A stretch of DNA of 64,000 bases from Lobosporangium transversale. Taxonomy: Eukaryota. Of this stretch, positions 12,938 to 24,199 are shown piece by piece (within the stretch, counting starts at the first letter, position 1; each line of letters begins with the position of its first letter). A model generated the notes under the pieces. It was not told the origin of the DNA. It worked only from the letters and a program-made list of their open reading frames with translations, and did no database searches. A program made the translations under genes and the position numbers. The DNA lies in assembly GCF_002105155.1 (NCBI RefSeq), contig NW_019028979.1:930001-994000 (forward strand), written 5' to 3'.

Positions 12938-14500
12938 TTACTTCCTCAGTCTTTTTGCCCAATATCCAATATATATATTGTGCGGCGCAAGTATATTACA
13001 CATCATATTGCCATTCCAGTACTTGATTCTTGGCCAATTCTCCACGATCCATGTTGCTTCCTCAAGATCTATTTCTTGGAAACAATTATTGCTGAACGAT
13101 AGTAGACGCAGCCACTTCAGGTTGGCTAGCTCATCTAGACCAGTTCTTAGTCTCAAATCCAGCGTCCGCTTTCTTGAGTCCACCTTTATTAGTTTAAGAG
13201 ATTGTAGCTGGGTCAATTTCCCAAGTTGCTTGAAGACACTACGTGTCTTCTCCATGCCCTCAGTAGTCTCTTGATCAGTGTCTATCTCAAGATCAATCTC
13301 CAACATAGTCAGTCCAGTGCTCACCCATTCTGCTCCATTGGCAATCTCTGTCATTGTGATTTTAGGTCCCACAAACTTCTTCAGGCGTGGACAATTGGAT
13401 AAAATAGCTTGAACAATCCCATCCACATCCACAATGTTGCGCTCATTGATCATCAAGCTTTCAACAGTTTCACAAAGCTTCTGCGGCCTTGTCTTCCATA
13501 CCATTTGTCCATTATCAAAAGCCTCTTGCTTGTCAGATAGCAATTCCTGCAGAGACAGCTGACCGACTTCACGAAAGATGTCTAGCCGTTTTAATCCAGG
13601 CATCCGTCTGAGCAATCTCGCCGTGCTCTCGTCTTTTAACTGCGCGTTTGTCAAAATCAGCTCTGACAAGTTATCCTGAGTCCAGGGATGCTGAAGGAAT
13701 ACTTCCTTGTAGAAAACATCGCCGTATTGCTCATATTGGAATGAAAATGATTCGTAGGAATCAAAAAATTCCAGTACACGCAATCCTGAACATCTTCTGA
13801 CCAACACCCCAAGGCAATATGCTTTTGTGTACGAGTCCTGGCTGTATACTCGGATGTTCTTAAGACTTAGTGTGTGAATATTCGAGAGATTATAATCACT
13901 GTCCTCATTACTAAGGAAGCTGGCAGGTAGCCGGTTTAAGGATAGTCCATTCAAGTACAAGTACTTAATTTTCTTGCACACTTGGAGGAATACATCGATT
14001 TCGTCGTCTATTTCTACGGAAGATACTTCTAGATGCTCGAGGTTGGTACATCCCAGCAATGTCTCCCAGAGTTCATGCGATGTTTCAACAACGTCCAAGC
14101 AAAGTCTGGTGATGGTAGAGCTGTGGTTCTTGAGGAGGGGTTTCAAATCGTCATTCGGCTCGTGACACCATCCTTCGAATGCGATGAACTGGAGGCGATC
14201 ACATCCCTGCAATGACCAATACTCGTATGGAATGTCAAAACATTTCATTAGGTCTGCAAAATTATCACTTCGAAATGTTATCGCTTCAATGTATTTCTTG
14301 TGTTTCTGTAGTGTTTCGCCAGTAGGATATACGGAATCAGGTACGACGACACGGATGTCTTTCCATATACGCCTGATAAGGGTGCTATGAAAAGTCTTGG
14401 AGACGCGGATGCAGTTCAGGAGGTCATTTCGCTCGAGAAAGTCTCCAACAGGCGAGATGATTTCTGGGAGCTCCAAAGGATTCACTTTTAGATTGTTCAT
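12938..14500 (-). CDS. F-box/LRR protein copy A, intronless, 520 aa
   Basis: Intact ORF with F-box-like N-terminus (LELPEIISPVGDFLERNDLLNCIRVSKTFHSTLIRRIW) and LRR-like repeats. Confidence 0.88.
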   Translation of the reverse strand: MNNLKVNPLELPEIISPVGDFLERNDLLNCIRVSKTFHSTLIRRIWKDIRVVVPDSVYPTGETLQKHKKYIEAITFRSDNFADLMKCFDIPYEYWSLQGCDRLQFIAFEGWCHEPNDDLKPLLKNHSSTITRLCLDVVETSHELWETLLGCTNLEHLEVSSVEIDDEIDVFLQVCKKIKYLYLNGLSLNRLPASFLSNEDSDYNLSNIHTLSLKNIRVYSQDSYTKAYCLGVLVRRCSGLRVLEFFDSYESFSFQYEQYGDVFYKEVFLQHPWTQDNLSELILTNAQLKDESTARLLRRMPGLKRLDIFREVGQLSLQELLSDKQEAFDNGQMVWKTRPQKLCETVESLMINERNIVDVDGIVQAILSNCPRLKKFVGPKITMTEIANGAEWVSTGLTMLEIDLEIDTDQETTEGMEKTRSVFKQLGKLTQLQSLKLIKVDSRKRTLDLRLRTGLDELANLKWLRLLSFSNNCFQEIDLEEATWIVENWPRIKYWNGNMMCNILAPHNIYIGYWAKRLRK

Positions 14501-15164
14501 GTTGTAAAGGTTGTAGAGAGAAGATGCTGATGAACCTGTTCACAGCTGGCATTCTTTGTTTTTGTTGTACAGGTCACACACGCTTTGGTCACAGCCAAGG
14601 TTTTGACATTGTTCCTTGTCCACTCTTTGGTGAATGTCCTTTCTTCGTCCAAAAGTCCCATCAATACACTGTCAAACTGCGCGAGAGTGTAGGAATCTCG
14701 AAGTGTACAACCTGCCTCACGTCTAACTTGCTGATTGGACGACATGAGTGTAAAGACTAAAGGCCCTCTTACATGCTGAGCAAGGACAGCTGCTTGGAAT
14801 AGGTCATGTGAGACGGCGAAAGACAAACGAAAGAGAAGCATTCTGTTGACCTGATAAATGGATTGCATGTTCCAACCCGGAATCAATACGCTAAAAAGAC
14901 TTAGCATTAGAAATTAATGGCAATAACGGGTCATACTCATTAATGCGATAAAATCCATGGTCTGAGGTTTTTAAACGGACCTATGTCACCTTATAGATCT
15001 TATAGATAGATACATAGTTATCTGGTACAGGTGCCTCTACCAGAAAATGTTAATACCCCATGGGTGTGGTATGTGGACCCATATCTTATTCTCACCGACC
15101 TTCGTATTCACATATCTGTCTACAAATATTTCTGACCTGATAAAACTTGTCTACAAAATATTTT

Positions 15165-15265
15165 ACACCTGATAAGTACACTATGAAAAGTCTTTGGAAC
15201 ATGGATGCAGGTTACAAGAAGTTACAAGAAGCCGTCAACGAGTGGGATGGTTTCTAATATATCAC
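15165..15265 (-). pseudogene. Short F-box N-terminal remnant
   Basis: cctgataagtacactatgaaaagtctttggaacatggatgcagg resembles cctgataagggtgctatgaaaagtcttggagacgcggatgcag in copy A (the CIRVSKTFHSTLIR region). Confidence 0.5.
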
Positions 15266-15732
15266 CTTTTATTTCTATCACAAGTCTCATCCGATTGACT
15301 ACCTTATAAGATGCATGTATTACTCCCATGCTGTATAGAGTGTTTGGTATGCCTTAATAAGACCGATGACATTTCTTTATTCATGTCTTCCACAGCTGGA
15401 TGAAGCTCCAGTAGGGTTTGTAACGAAATAAAAGGGTTGACGTGATATTTGTGTGCAACAGTAACGCGTTACTCTATGTCTAATATGTAAAAGCATTATA
15501 GACTTGGACAAGTACAAGGTACAGGTAAACTTAATGACGATGATCCCTACACTCTTCCGACTGAGATATAGTGCAGAAATATCTTCACGAGACGCGAAAG
15601 CAGATCAAGCTATTCTTTTAGTTGAGAACCTGTATGCATTCTACAGTGTATATGACTATTGCCTCTACTACATGTCCAAGGTCCCTTCCTTCCATACCAG
15701 GCTATGAATAGGCAATGCACTCCTTTACTTCC

Positions 15733-17301
15733 TCAGTCTTTTTGCCCAATATCTATATTGTGTGGCGCAAGTAAATCACACATCAACTTGCCATTCCAGT
15801 ACTTGATTCTTGGCCAATTCTCCACGATCCATGTCGCTTCTTCAAGATCTATTTCTTGGTGATCATCATTGCTGAACGATAGTACACGCAGCCACTTCAG
15901 GTTGGCTAGCTCATCTAGACCAGTTCTTAGTCTCAAATCCAGCGCCCGCGTTTCGCTATCATTTGAGTCCCGCTTTGTTAACTTAAGAGACCGTAGTTGA
16001 GTCAATTTCCCAAGTTGCTTAAAGACACTACGTGTCTTCTCCATGCCCTCAGTAGTCTCTTGATCAATGTCTACCTCCAGATAAACAGTCAATTCGGTCA
16101 GTCCAGTGCACACCCATTCTGCTCCATTGGCAATCTCCGTCATGGTGATTTTAGGTCCCACAAACTTCTTCAGGAGTGGACAAATGGATAAAATAGCTTG
16201 AGCAACTCCCTCGTTTCCGTCGTCCAGTTCGACCACCAATCTTTCAACAGTTTCACAAAGCTTCTGCGGCCTTGTCTTCCATACCATTTGTCCATTATCA
16301 AAAGCCTCTTGCTTGTCAGATAGCAATTCCTGCAGAGACAGCTGACCGACTTCACGAAAGATGTCTAGCCGTTTTAATCCAGGCATCCGTCTGAGCAATC
16401 TCGCCGTGCTCTCGTCTTTTAACTGCGCGTTTGTCAAAATCAGCTCTGACAAGTTATCCTGAGTCCAGGGATGCTGAAGGAATACTTCCTTGTAGAAAAC
16501 ATCGCCGTATTGCTCATATTGGAATGAAAATGATTCGTAGGAATCAAAAAATTCCAGTACACGCAATCCTGAACATCTTCTGACCAACACCCCAAGGCAA
16601 TATGCTTTTGTGTACGAGTCCTGGCTGTATACTCGGATGTTCTTAAGACTTAGTGTGTGAATATTTGAGAGATTATAATCACTGTCCTCATTACTAAGGA
16701 AGCTGGCAGGTAGCCGGTTTAAGGATAGTCCATTCAAGTACAAGTACTTAATTTTCTTGCACACTTGGAGGAATACATCGATTTCGTCGTCTATATCTTC
16801 GTCAGATACTTCTAGACGCTCGAGGTTGGTACATCCCAGCAATGTTTCCCAGAGTTCACGCGATGTTTGAGTATTTTTAAAGCAAAGTCTGGTGATGGTA
16901 GAGTTGTGGTTCTTGAGGAGGAGGTTCAAATGGTCATTCGGCTCGTAACAGTTCCATCCTTCGAATGCGATGAACTGGAGGCGATCACATCCCTGCAATG
17001 ACCAATACTCGTATGGAATGTCAAAACATTTCATTATTAATCTAAGAAACGCGTCTGGTTCATCATCACTTCGAAATGTTATCGCTTCAATGTATTTCTT
17101 GTGTTTCTGTAGTGTTTCGCCAGTAGGACATCTGGAATAGGATTCGGCGACAAGGACGTCTTTCCATATATGCCCGATAAGGGTACTATGAAAAGTCTTG
17201 GAGACGCGGATGCAGTTCAGGAGGTCATTTCGCTCGAGAAAGTCTCCAACAGGCGAGATGATTTCTGGGAGCTCCAAAGGATTCACTTTTAGATTGTTCA
17301 T
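15733..17301 (-). CDS. F-box/LRR protein copy B, intronless
   Basis: Intact ORF. The homologous start MNNLKV is at 17301; the track's upstream ATG at 17355 has no in-frame equivalent in copy A. Confidence 0.88.
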   Translation of the reverse strand: MNNLKVNPLELPEIISPVGDFLERNDLLNCIRVSKTFHSTLIGHIWKDVLVAESYSRCPTGETLQKHKKYIEAITFRSDDEPDAFLRLIMKCFDIPYEYWSLQGCDRLQFIAFEGWNCYEPNDHLNLLLKNHNSTITRLCFKNTQTSRELWETLLGCTNLERLEVSDEDIDDEIDVFLQVCKKIKYLYLNGLSLNRLPASFLSNEDSDYNLSNIHTLSLKNIRVYSQDSYTKAYCLGVLVRRCSGLRVLEFFDSYESFSFQYEQYGDVFYKEVFLQHPWTQDNLSELILTNAQLKDESTARLLRRMPGLKRLDIFREVGQLSLQELLSDKQEAFDNGQMVWKTRPQKLCETVERLVVELDDGNEGVAQAILSICPLLKKFVGPKITMTEIANGAEWVCTGLTELTVYLEVDIDQETTEGMEKTRSVFKQLGKLTQLRSLKLTKRDSNDSETRALDLRLRTGLDELANLKWLRVLSFSNDDHQEIDLEEATWIVENWPRIKYWNGKLMCDLLAPHNIDIGQKD

Positions 17302-17638
17302 GTTGTAAAGGTTGTAGAGAGAAGATGCTGGTGAACCTGTTCCCACAGCTGGCATTCATTTTTTTTTTTTTTTGTTTTGTTGCACAGGTTGCACACTCTT
17401 TGTCCAAAGACATTGCATTTGTTTGTAATGGCTTTTTAGATTTGGTAAGTACGAAGTACTGTACAAGTGGAGTAAATGAAATACCCTCGGGTGAGATTTT
17501 ATGTACAAAGAGATCCTTGAATTATTATTATTTGAGAAACCATCTTTTTATAATCTTCATCGTATGCACCCATATCCAAAGCTCATGCCCTTTACACCAG
17601 GATCGTGGATTGATAATGTATTTCTCTAATCTTTTGGT

Positions 17639-19183
17639 CTAATTGTTAAGGACTATGTTGTGAGACTGAAGTAAGCTATGTACCAAAGTGTACACATCTT
17701 CCTCATTAGTTGGATGGCCATTCAAACATCTGATGCTTGGCCAGTTGTCCACTATCCATGTCGCTTCTTCAAGACCCATTCGCTGGTGATTATCACCCCT
17801 GAACACCAAGCTATCCAAATTCTTCAAATTGGCTAGCTCATTCAGACCTGCTCTCAGTCTCAAGTCCAGAGTTCGTTTGTCATTTTCTCTGCGCCAGGAT
17901 GTTAAGTCAAGGGTTCGAAGCCGAGTCAATTTTCCCAGTTGTCTGAACGCAATGCGCTGTTTCGCCATGCCCTCAGCAGTCTCTTGATCCACGTTTGCCT
18001 CAAGATAGATAGTCAAGTTAGTCAGTCTAGTGCTAACCCATTCTACGCCACTGACAATCTCCGTCACCATGATTTTAGGTCCCGTCAATTGCTTCAAGTG
18101 TGGACAATTTGATAAAATCGCTTGAACAATACCGCTCACTTCAAAATAGTGTTTATCGAATACCAATGTCTCAATTGTTTCGCAGAGCCTCCGAAGCCTT
18201 GTCTTCCGTATCATTTGTCCATTATGCAAAATGTCTTGTTTATCGGTTCGCAATCCATATAGCGAGAACTTGCCGAGCTTACAATGTGGGATATTTAGCT
18301 GTCTTAATTCAGTCATCTGTCTGAGAAGTACTGCCATGTCCTCGTCTTTTATATTCATACAAGGCAAAGACAGATCAGATAGATTTACCAGAGCTCGAGC
18401 GTGCTGGAGGAATGCTTCCCTGCAGAAATCATCGTGCTTTGCATGGTAAGGTTCCCCTTTCTCGTTGGAATCGGCAAATTCCAGCGCATGCAATCCTGGA
18501 CATCTCTTCACCAACATACCGAGACAATACGAGGGCGTGTGCGGGTTTGGAGACTGAGTTACCTTTACATCTTTAATAGCCAGTGTCCGTATATTTGGGG
18601 GAAAACATTCATTGGCCTCGTCACTTAAGAAGCTGACAGGAAAATGGTGTAGAAGTACAAAATCCAAGTCCAAGTGCCTAACTTTCTTACAAACTTCAAA
18701 GAGTAGATCGACCTCATCTTCAATATAAATGTAAAAAGCCCCGAACCGATTGAGGTTGGCACAATCCAGCAGTGTCTTCAAAAGCTCTTGTGAAGGTTGA
18801 CCATGGCTCAAGTGAAACCTGGTGATTGTAGCGCTGTGAGCCTTGATCAAGTTCAAAAGTGAATCTGTTCAGATCGTTCCTCTCCTCGGTATTCGATGGG
18901 CTGGAGGCGACCACATCCTTGCAATGATGTATACTCCCCCGGAATGCTGCCTGCTCGAAATCTAATCTCCTCAATCCATTTCTTGTTATTTTGCAAGGCA
19001 CCGCCAGTAGGATATCTGCATAGAGAAGGTTCAATAGTGATTTTTCTCCATGAATCTGATAAAAGTACTATGAAATGCCTTGGAGACAAGGATACAGTTT
19101 AGAAGATCTTTTCGGGCGAGAAAGTCGCCAATGAGCGAGGTGATTTCCGGAATATCCGTAAGATTCAATTTAATGTTGTTCAT
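17639..19183 (-). pseudogene. Full-length F-box/LRR pseudogene (two frameshifts)
   Basis: ATG at 19183 reads MNNIKLNLTDIPEITSLIGDFLARKDLLNCILVSKAFHSTFIRF and then hits TGA. Homology continues in another frame from ~19050 (WRKITIEP..YPTG..SLQGC) and returns to the first frame at ~18856 for a 405-codon stretch. Confidence 0.82.
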
Positions 19184-19718
19184 GACGAAGAAATGATGCC
19201 AATGGAACATGGAGAATGGAGGTCACTGTAGGACGTTTTGACGCCACCACACATTTGATTGGCTGTGTCAAAATTTGCAGGAACGGAACAGTGAGTAGTG
19301 GCATCTTTCAAGATTTTCATGTGCTGCTGGCGTATAGTGTAAACGAGAGTTCATAAACTCTTTTTGGCAATCTGTCTTTCTCAAGTACTATCATTCCATT
19401 TATGACTGAGGTGACATGGGTATTAAACAAGCGGCCGAATGTCCTCAGCCTTATCTCGACTGGCAAGCTAAACAAAGAGCTAGGTGTAATCAAAGCAGCT
19501 GTACTCATCTTTGACACTTTGACAGCAAGGTCACCCCATTCAATGGGTCAATACATTAAGGATAAAAAAGAAGAATGGGAAAAAAATAAAAAATAAAGCA
19601 GCATCATACAGCTTGATAATAACATGAGTTTCAATCAACTTCAACTTCAATTAGGTCCTGGTTTGAATTTCTTGTGGCTGAATATGTACCAAATTTTTAT
19701 ACACTGAGAAACGCACGT

Positions 19719-20770
19719 TCAAATAGTCATGTCACCCATATCAGCGCATGGCGTTGAATGATGTGCGGATAGTAGGCTGTTTATCAAGCGATCCAAATAA
19801 CTGATTCTTGGCCAATTGTCCACAACCCATGTCGGATCCTCAAATCCTATTAGCTGGCGGTCATTACCACGAAACCCTTTAGATTGGTTAGTACATCCGG
19901 GCGTCCCTAAATCCAAGCTTAACGTTCGCTTTCCCTCTTATTCCTTGGACTCCAAGATGTTAGGTCAGGACTTCGTAGCTGATTCAGCTTCCCTATCCGT
20001 TTAAATGCAATACGCTACTTTCTCATACCATCTACAGTTCCTTGGTCGACATCTACCTCAAAATAGATGGCTAGGTTAGCCAGTCTAGTGCTAACCCAGT
20101 CTGTGCTATTGACAATCTCTGCCACAGTGCTTTTAGGCCCTCTTAGTGGTTCTAGTCACAACAATTCAGAAAAGTAGCTTGAAATATTTCATTCGCGCTG
20201 GCACTTTGTGTATTAATCAACAGCACTCTAATAGTCTCACAGAGTCTCCGTAGGATTGCTTGTTTGTCAGCTAGTGATTCTTGCAGAAAGAGCTTGCAGA
20301 ACTTGCAAAATAAAGCATCTCGCTGTCTTAATTCTGCTATATGTCTCAGAAGTGCTGCCATGCCCTCGTTTTTTTATGGCCATGTAAGGGAGAAGTAGGT
20401 CTAATGGCTTTGTCAGTAGCCAGGGGCGGTGAAGGTATGCTGTGCTTAAGAAATTATTGTGGATTGGTTCCTTTGGATTCTCGCAAAATTGGGATCGCTA
20501 AATTCCAGTGTACATAATCCTAGACATTCCCGGCCCAACGTACCGAAGTAATACAATGATGTATCCGGATATGGAGGGCTGATTTTCTCGGCACTGTAAA
20601 TCCTTAATGTGTATAGATCTGGGAGAATATACTCATTGGTTTCGCTATCCAAGAAATTAATGGGCAACTAGCGTATGGAAATATTCCGCAAGTCTACCCT
20701 AACTTGCTTGCTGACTCTAGGAATATATGAACTTTGACGTTTATACGTATGCTAGGTGTTTTTGGGTTGT
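19719..20770 (-). pseudogene. Heavily degraded F-box/LRR pseudogene
   Basis: Colinear fragments in several frames (ILPDLYTLRI, MAALLRHIAELRQ, RRLCETIRVL, FEDPTWVVDNWPRI) with stops, frameshifts and deletions. Confidence 0.8.
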
Positions 20771-21032
20771 GAACATTGATGGACTTCAAAAGCCCTCCGA
20801 AATACCTTCCACAGTTCGATGAACCGGAGGCCAACACGTCCCCGCAATCAACCTTACTCACCTGGGATAGCCCGCTAATAAACTTGGCTGGTTTTCCCAG
20901 CCCCATTCGGACAACGATATCTCGCCATCAATCTTTTTTTTTTTTTTTTTTTTTTTACTATACTGCATATCGCATGTTTTCTTGGAAAGATTAATGCCAT
21001 TTCCTCATTCTTGCCATCCACAGGTTCGTGGC

Positions 21033-21063
<31 letters not shown>

Positions 21064-22258
21064 GACACGACTTTCATGTGTAACAGCGTTTACTTTTAGG
21101 AAATTCCTCAAACGCCCTAGCGTCACTCAACTTGAATAAATCCGGATTCCCTAAGAGCTGTCATTTTATTTTAGACTCATTCCTTACTTCACTCAGCCTG
21201 GACCAGACGTTGAGCAAACTAGCATTGTAAATCAGCTCTGTCATCTGAGTTCTATGTCATCTTATGCAGACATGGATATATCGACCTAGCTCTTCTTCTA
21301 TGGTCCTATTGAATCCAGCAGCATTGAGCGAGCGAATGCCCATGTTGTAGAAAGGTATGACTAGAGGAGGAAGGGGAAAGAAGTGAGTGGATGAATGCCT
21401 GAATGGTAAAAAATATATTGTCTGATATCATCAATGACAAGAGTAATCTGGACAATGGGAATAATAGCCTTCCGAAGACCATTGTGTATAATTGAGTCAT
21501 TTAGAGAAACAGGTGAAAAATAAAAAAAAAATAATAATAAAAAAAAAAAAAAAAAAGTAAGAGGAAGAGTCAAACAAAGGCGAGATCCGACTTTGACTTC
21601 AGCTAAAACACATCACTCATGCACAGCAACAAAATGGTAGCACGGTTGGCAGCCTATAGCACATTTGCAGAAATGAAAGCACTACCTGTGGGCACATTAG
21701 GCGATGCAAGTCAGCTAAAGAGCAGAGGGCTAGGTTAGAGAAGAACAGGCTATCAGAAGCACATGTTCAACTCACGTCTTCAACTCAGAATCTTTGATCA
21801 TCAGCCTTTGAAAGCATGCACGCGCTAGTTGTTAAGTTGTACTTTGTGATTTTGAAGGCGATATCAGTAACACTAGATCAATTATGGCTAAAGATCTGAA
21901 TTGTAACAATAGCTGTATTGACTGAAGCATGGTTCGGTTGTTTTTGATGATCACTACCAGCGTTCTGAAAGCCTTTTAATATAAACCTAAGTTATATTCT
22001 TCAAAAAAAGAATGTAAAATAAAGACGAAGTATTCCTACACTAAGTATATAAGCTCGGTTGAGATATGAGTACAAAGAGATAAAGCGACCCTTGAGATAC
22101 AAAATCAAGCTTCGATATCCTGCTATGATCATCTTTGTGACCATCACCACCGTGTCATTATCGCCACCAAGTAGGTGTGAAGTTGGAAGCTCACGCTCAA
22201 GGTCATTGCTCTCCATAATAGATTGTGAACTGACAATGTATTTCTCCGCTTCATTGGT

Positions 22259-23819
22259 CTATCTACAAATGGCTATATTGTGCGATTTAAGCAAGTCAGA
22301 CACCAAAGTGTCTACAATTCCATTTTCCTTCAGTTCACCAATCAAGAATTTGATGCTTGGCCAATTATTTGCAATCCATGTCGCATCCTCAAGGTATATT
22401 CGCTGGTAACCATCATCTCTAAAGCATAACCTATGCAGCTTCTTCAGGCTGGCTAGTTCATCCAGACCCGCTCTTAATCTCAAGTCCAAAGTCCGTTTTC
22501 CATTACCACCCAAGCTCCACCCTGTTAAATCAAGGGAACGTAGTTGAGTCAGTTTTCCTAGTTTCTTAAAGACAATGCGCGCCTTCTCCATGCCTTCGGC
22601 AGTCTCCTGGTCAACGTCTGCCTCAAGATTGATAGACAATTCAGTCAGCCTAATGCTAACCCATTCCACACCATTAACAATCTCTGTCACCGTGATTTTG
22701 GACCCCATCAGTTGCTTCAGGCACGGGCAATTTGATAAAATAGTTTGGACAATGCCACCCATCGCAACACTTCGTATGTCGAACACCAATGTCTCAATTG
22801 TTTCGCAGAGTTTCTGTAGCCTAATCTCTCATACCATGTGTCCATTACCCAACACCGCTCGTTTGTCAGCAAGCAATTCCTGCAGGGAAAGCTGGTCAAA
22901 CCCACAAAACGGAACATTGAGCCGCCTTAGCCGAGTCATCTGACTGAGAAGTGCCGCCATATCCCTGTCTTTTATTCTCATGTGGGGAAAAGAAAGATCT
23001 GATAGGTTTGTTAGAGCCCAAGGATGTCGAAGGAATGCTGCCCTGTAGAAATCATCGTGTTTTGGTTGCTTAGATCGCCTATATTCGATGATGTCGACAA
23101 ATTTCAGTGCGCACAATCCTAGACATTTTCTCACCAACAGGCCGAGGCAATACGAGGGTGTATAAGGATGTGGAGGGTTGAGTATTTCGACGCCCGTAAT
23201 ATATAGTGTGCGTATATTTGTGAGAAGACAATTGCTGAGCTCATCATTCAGTATACTGATAGGTAGCTGGTGTATGGCTACACCATCCATGCCCAAGTGC
23301 CTAAGTTTCTTGCAGACTTGTAGAAATAAGTCAACTTCGTCATTTATACGTGTGTGAGATATTTCTAGACGCTCGAGGTTGGTGCATCTTAGTATTGTCT
23401 CCCAGAGCCCCGGTGAAGATTGAGTGTTATCCAAGCAAAGCCTAGTGATAGTGGAGTTGTGGGTTTTGATGAGGTTCAAAAAATCTATTGGTATGGGCAA
23501 CCTCCATGTTAATCTTACATATTTGATGTCGTGGAGGCGGTCACATCCCTGCAATGATCCATACTCCTCTGGAAAGTTGATTTCAAATACAATCCTTTCA
23601 ATATGTTTCTTGTTGTTCTGCAGTGCATCGCCAACAGGATATCTGTCAAATTCGACAGGTGTTGTGACAACGATATCTTTCCATATGCACCTGATAAGGG
23701 CTCTATGAAAAGGCCTTGGAAACGCAGATACAGTTTAGAAGGTCTTTTCGATCGAGGAAGCCACCAACAAGCGAGATGATTTCTGGGAGATCCAATAGAT
23801 TCAATTTAATATTGTTCAT
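22259..23819 (-). pseudogene. Full-length F-box/LRR pseudogene (+1 frameshift and a nonsense codon)
   Basis: ATG at 23819 reads MNNIKLNLLDLPEIISLVGGFLDRKDLLNCICVSKAF. An extra T near 23708 creates TAG. An in-frame TGA at 22829-22831 sits where copies A/B have Trp (MVWK), and the same frame continues to 22259. Confidence 0.85.
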
Positions 23820-24047
23820 GTGAAGAGATGATGTTAATGAGTATCATGAATGTGCAGAGGTATGTCAATAGACAAAACTTTGCACGTGTGTTAAATCAAT
23901 TGCTTTAGTAGCTGCTTCCCCTTTTGATGTTGTCTATGCTCTAAATGATAACGTCCATGTTATATTGGTTGCTTCGGCATCTCTAACGTCCATCCCAAAT
24001 GACCCTGCACACTTGGTTGAACCATGTCATGCTCTTACTTCATATCC

Positions 24048-24104
24048 GGCAATGATATGAAGATTAAAAGAACATCTGGCAATGAGAGGAAGATTAAAAG
24101 AACA
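24048..24104. repeat. 30-bp imperfect tandem duplication
   Basis: ggcaatgatatgaagattaaaagaacatct followed by ggcaatgagaggaagattaaaagaaca. Confidence 0.8.
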
Positions 24105-24199
24105 TACACAAGTGCCTCTCCCATCATCTTAATCTTTCTGCTCAATCGTCTCTACATCACTCAGCTCCCCATGGAATACAGGGGGACATCTCCCGGCCA

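Larger units (their letters stand above)
12659..17405. repeat. Recent tandem duplication: ~12659-14590 vs ~15451-17405 (offset ~2.8 kb)
   Basis: Both units start with gtgtgcaacagtaacgcgttactctatgtc and share the 3' non-coding flank, the CDS and ~90 bp of 5' flank. Confidence 0.95.

Noticed and set aside
17302..17355. 18-aa N-terminal extension of copy B in the ORF track
   Set aside because: The related paralogs start at MNN(L/I)K, and the upstream ATG is out of frame in copy A.
12659..17405. Direct repeats as LTRs, or a diversity-generating retroelement TR/VR pair
   Set aside because: Each repeat contains a whole F-box/LRR gene. There is no gag, pol or reverse transcriptase in the window, and the differences include indels and are not adenine-specific.
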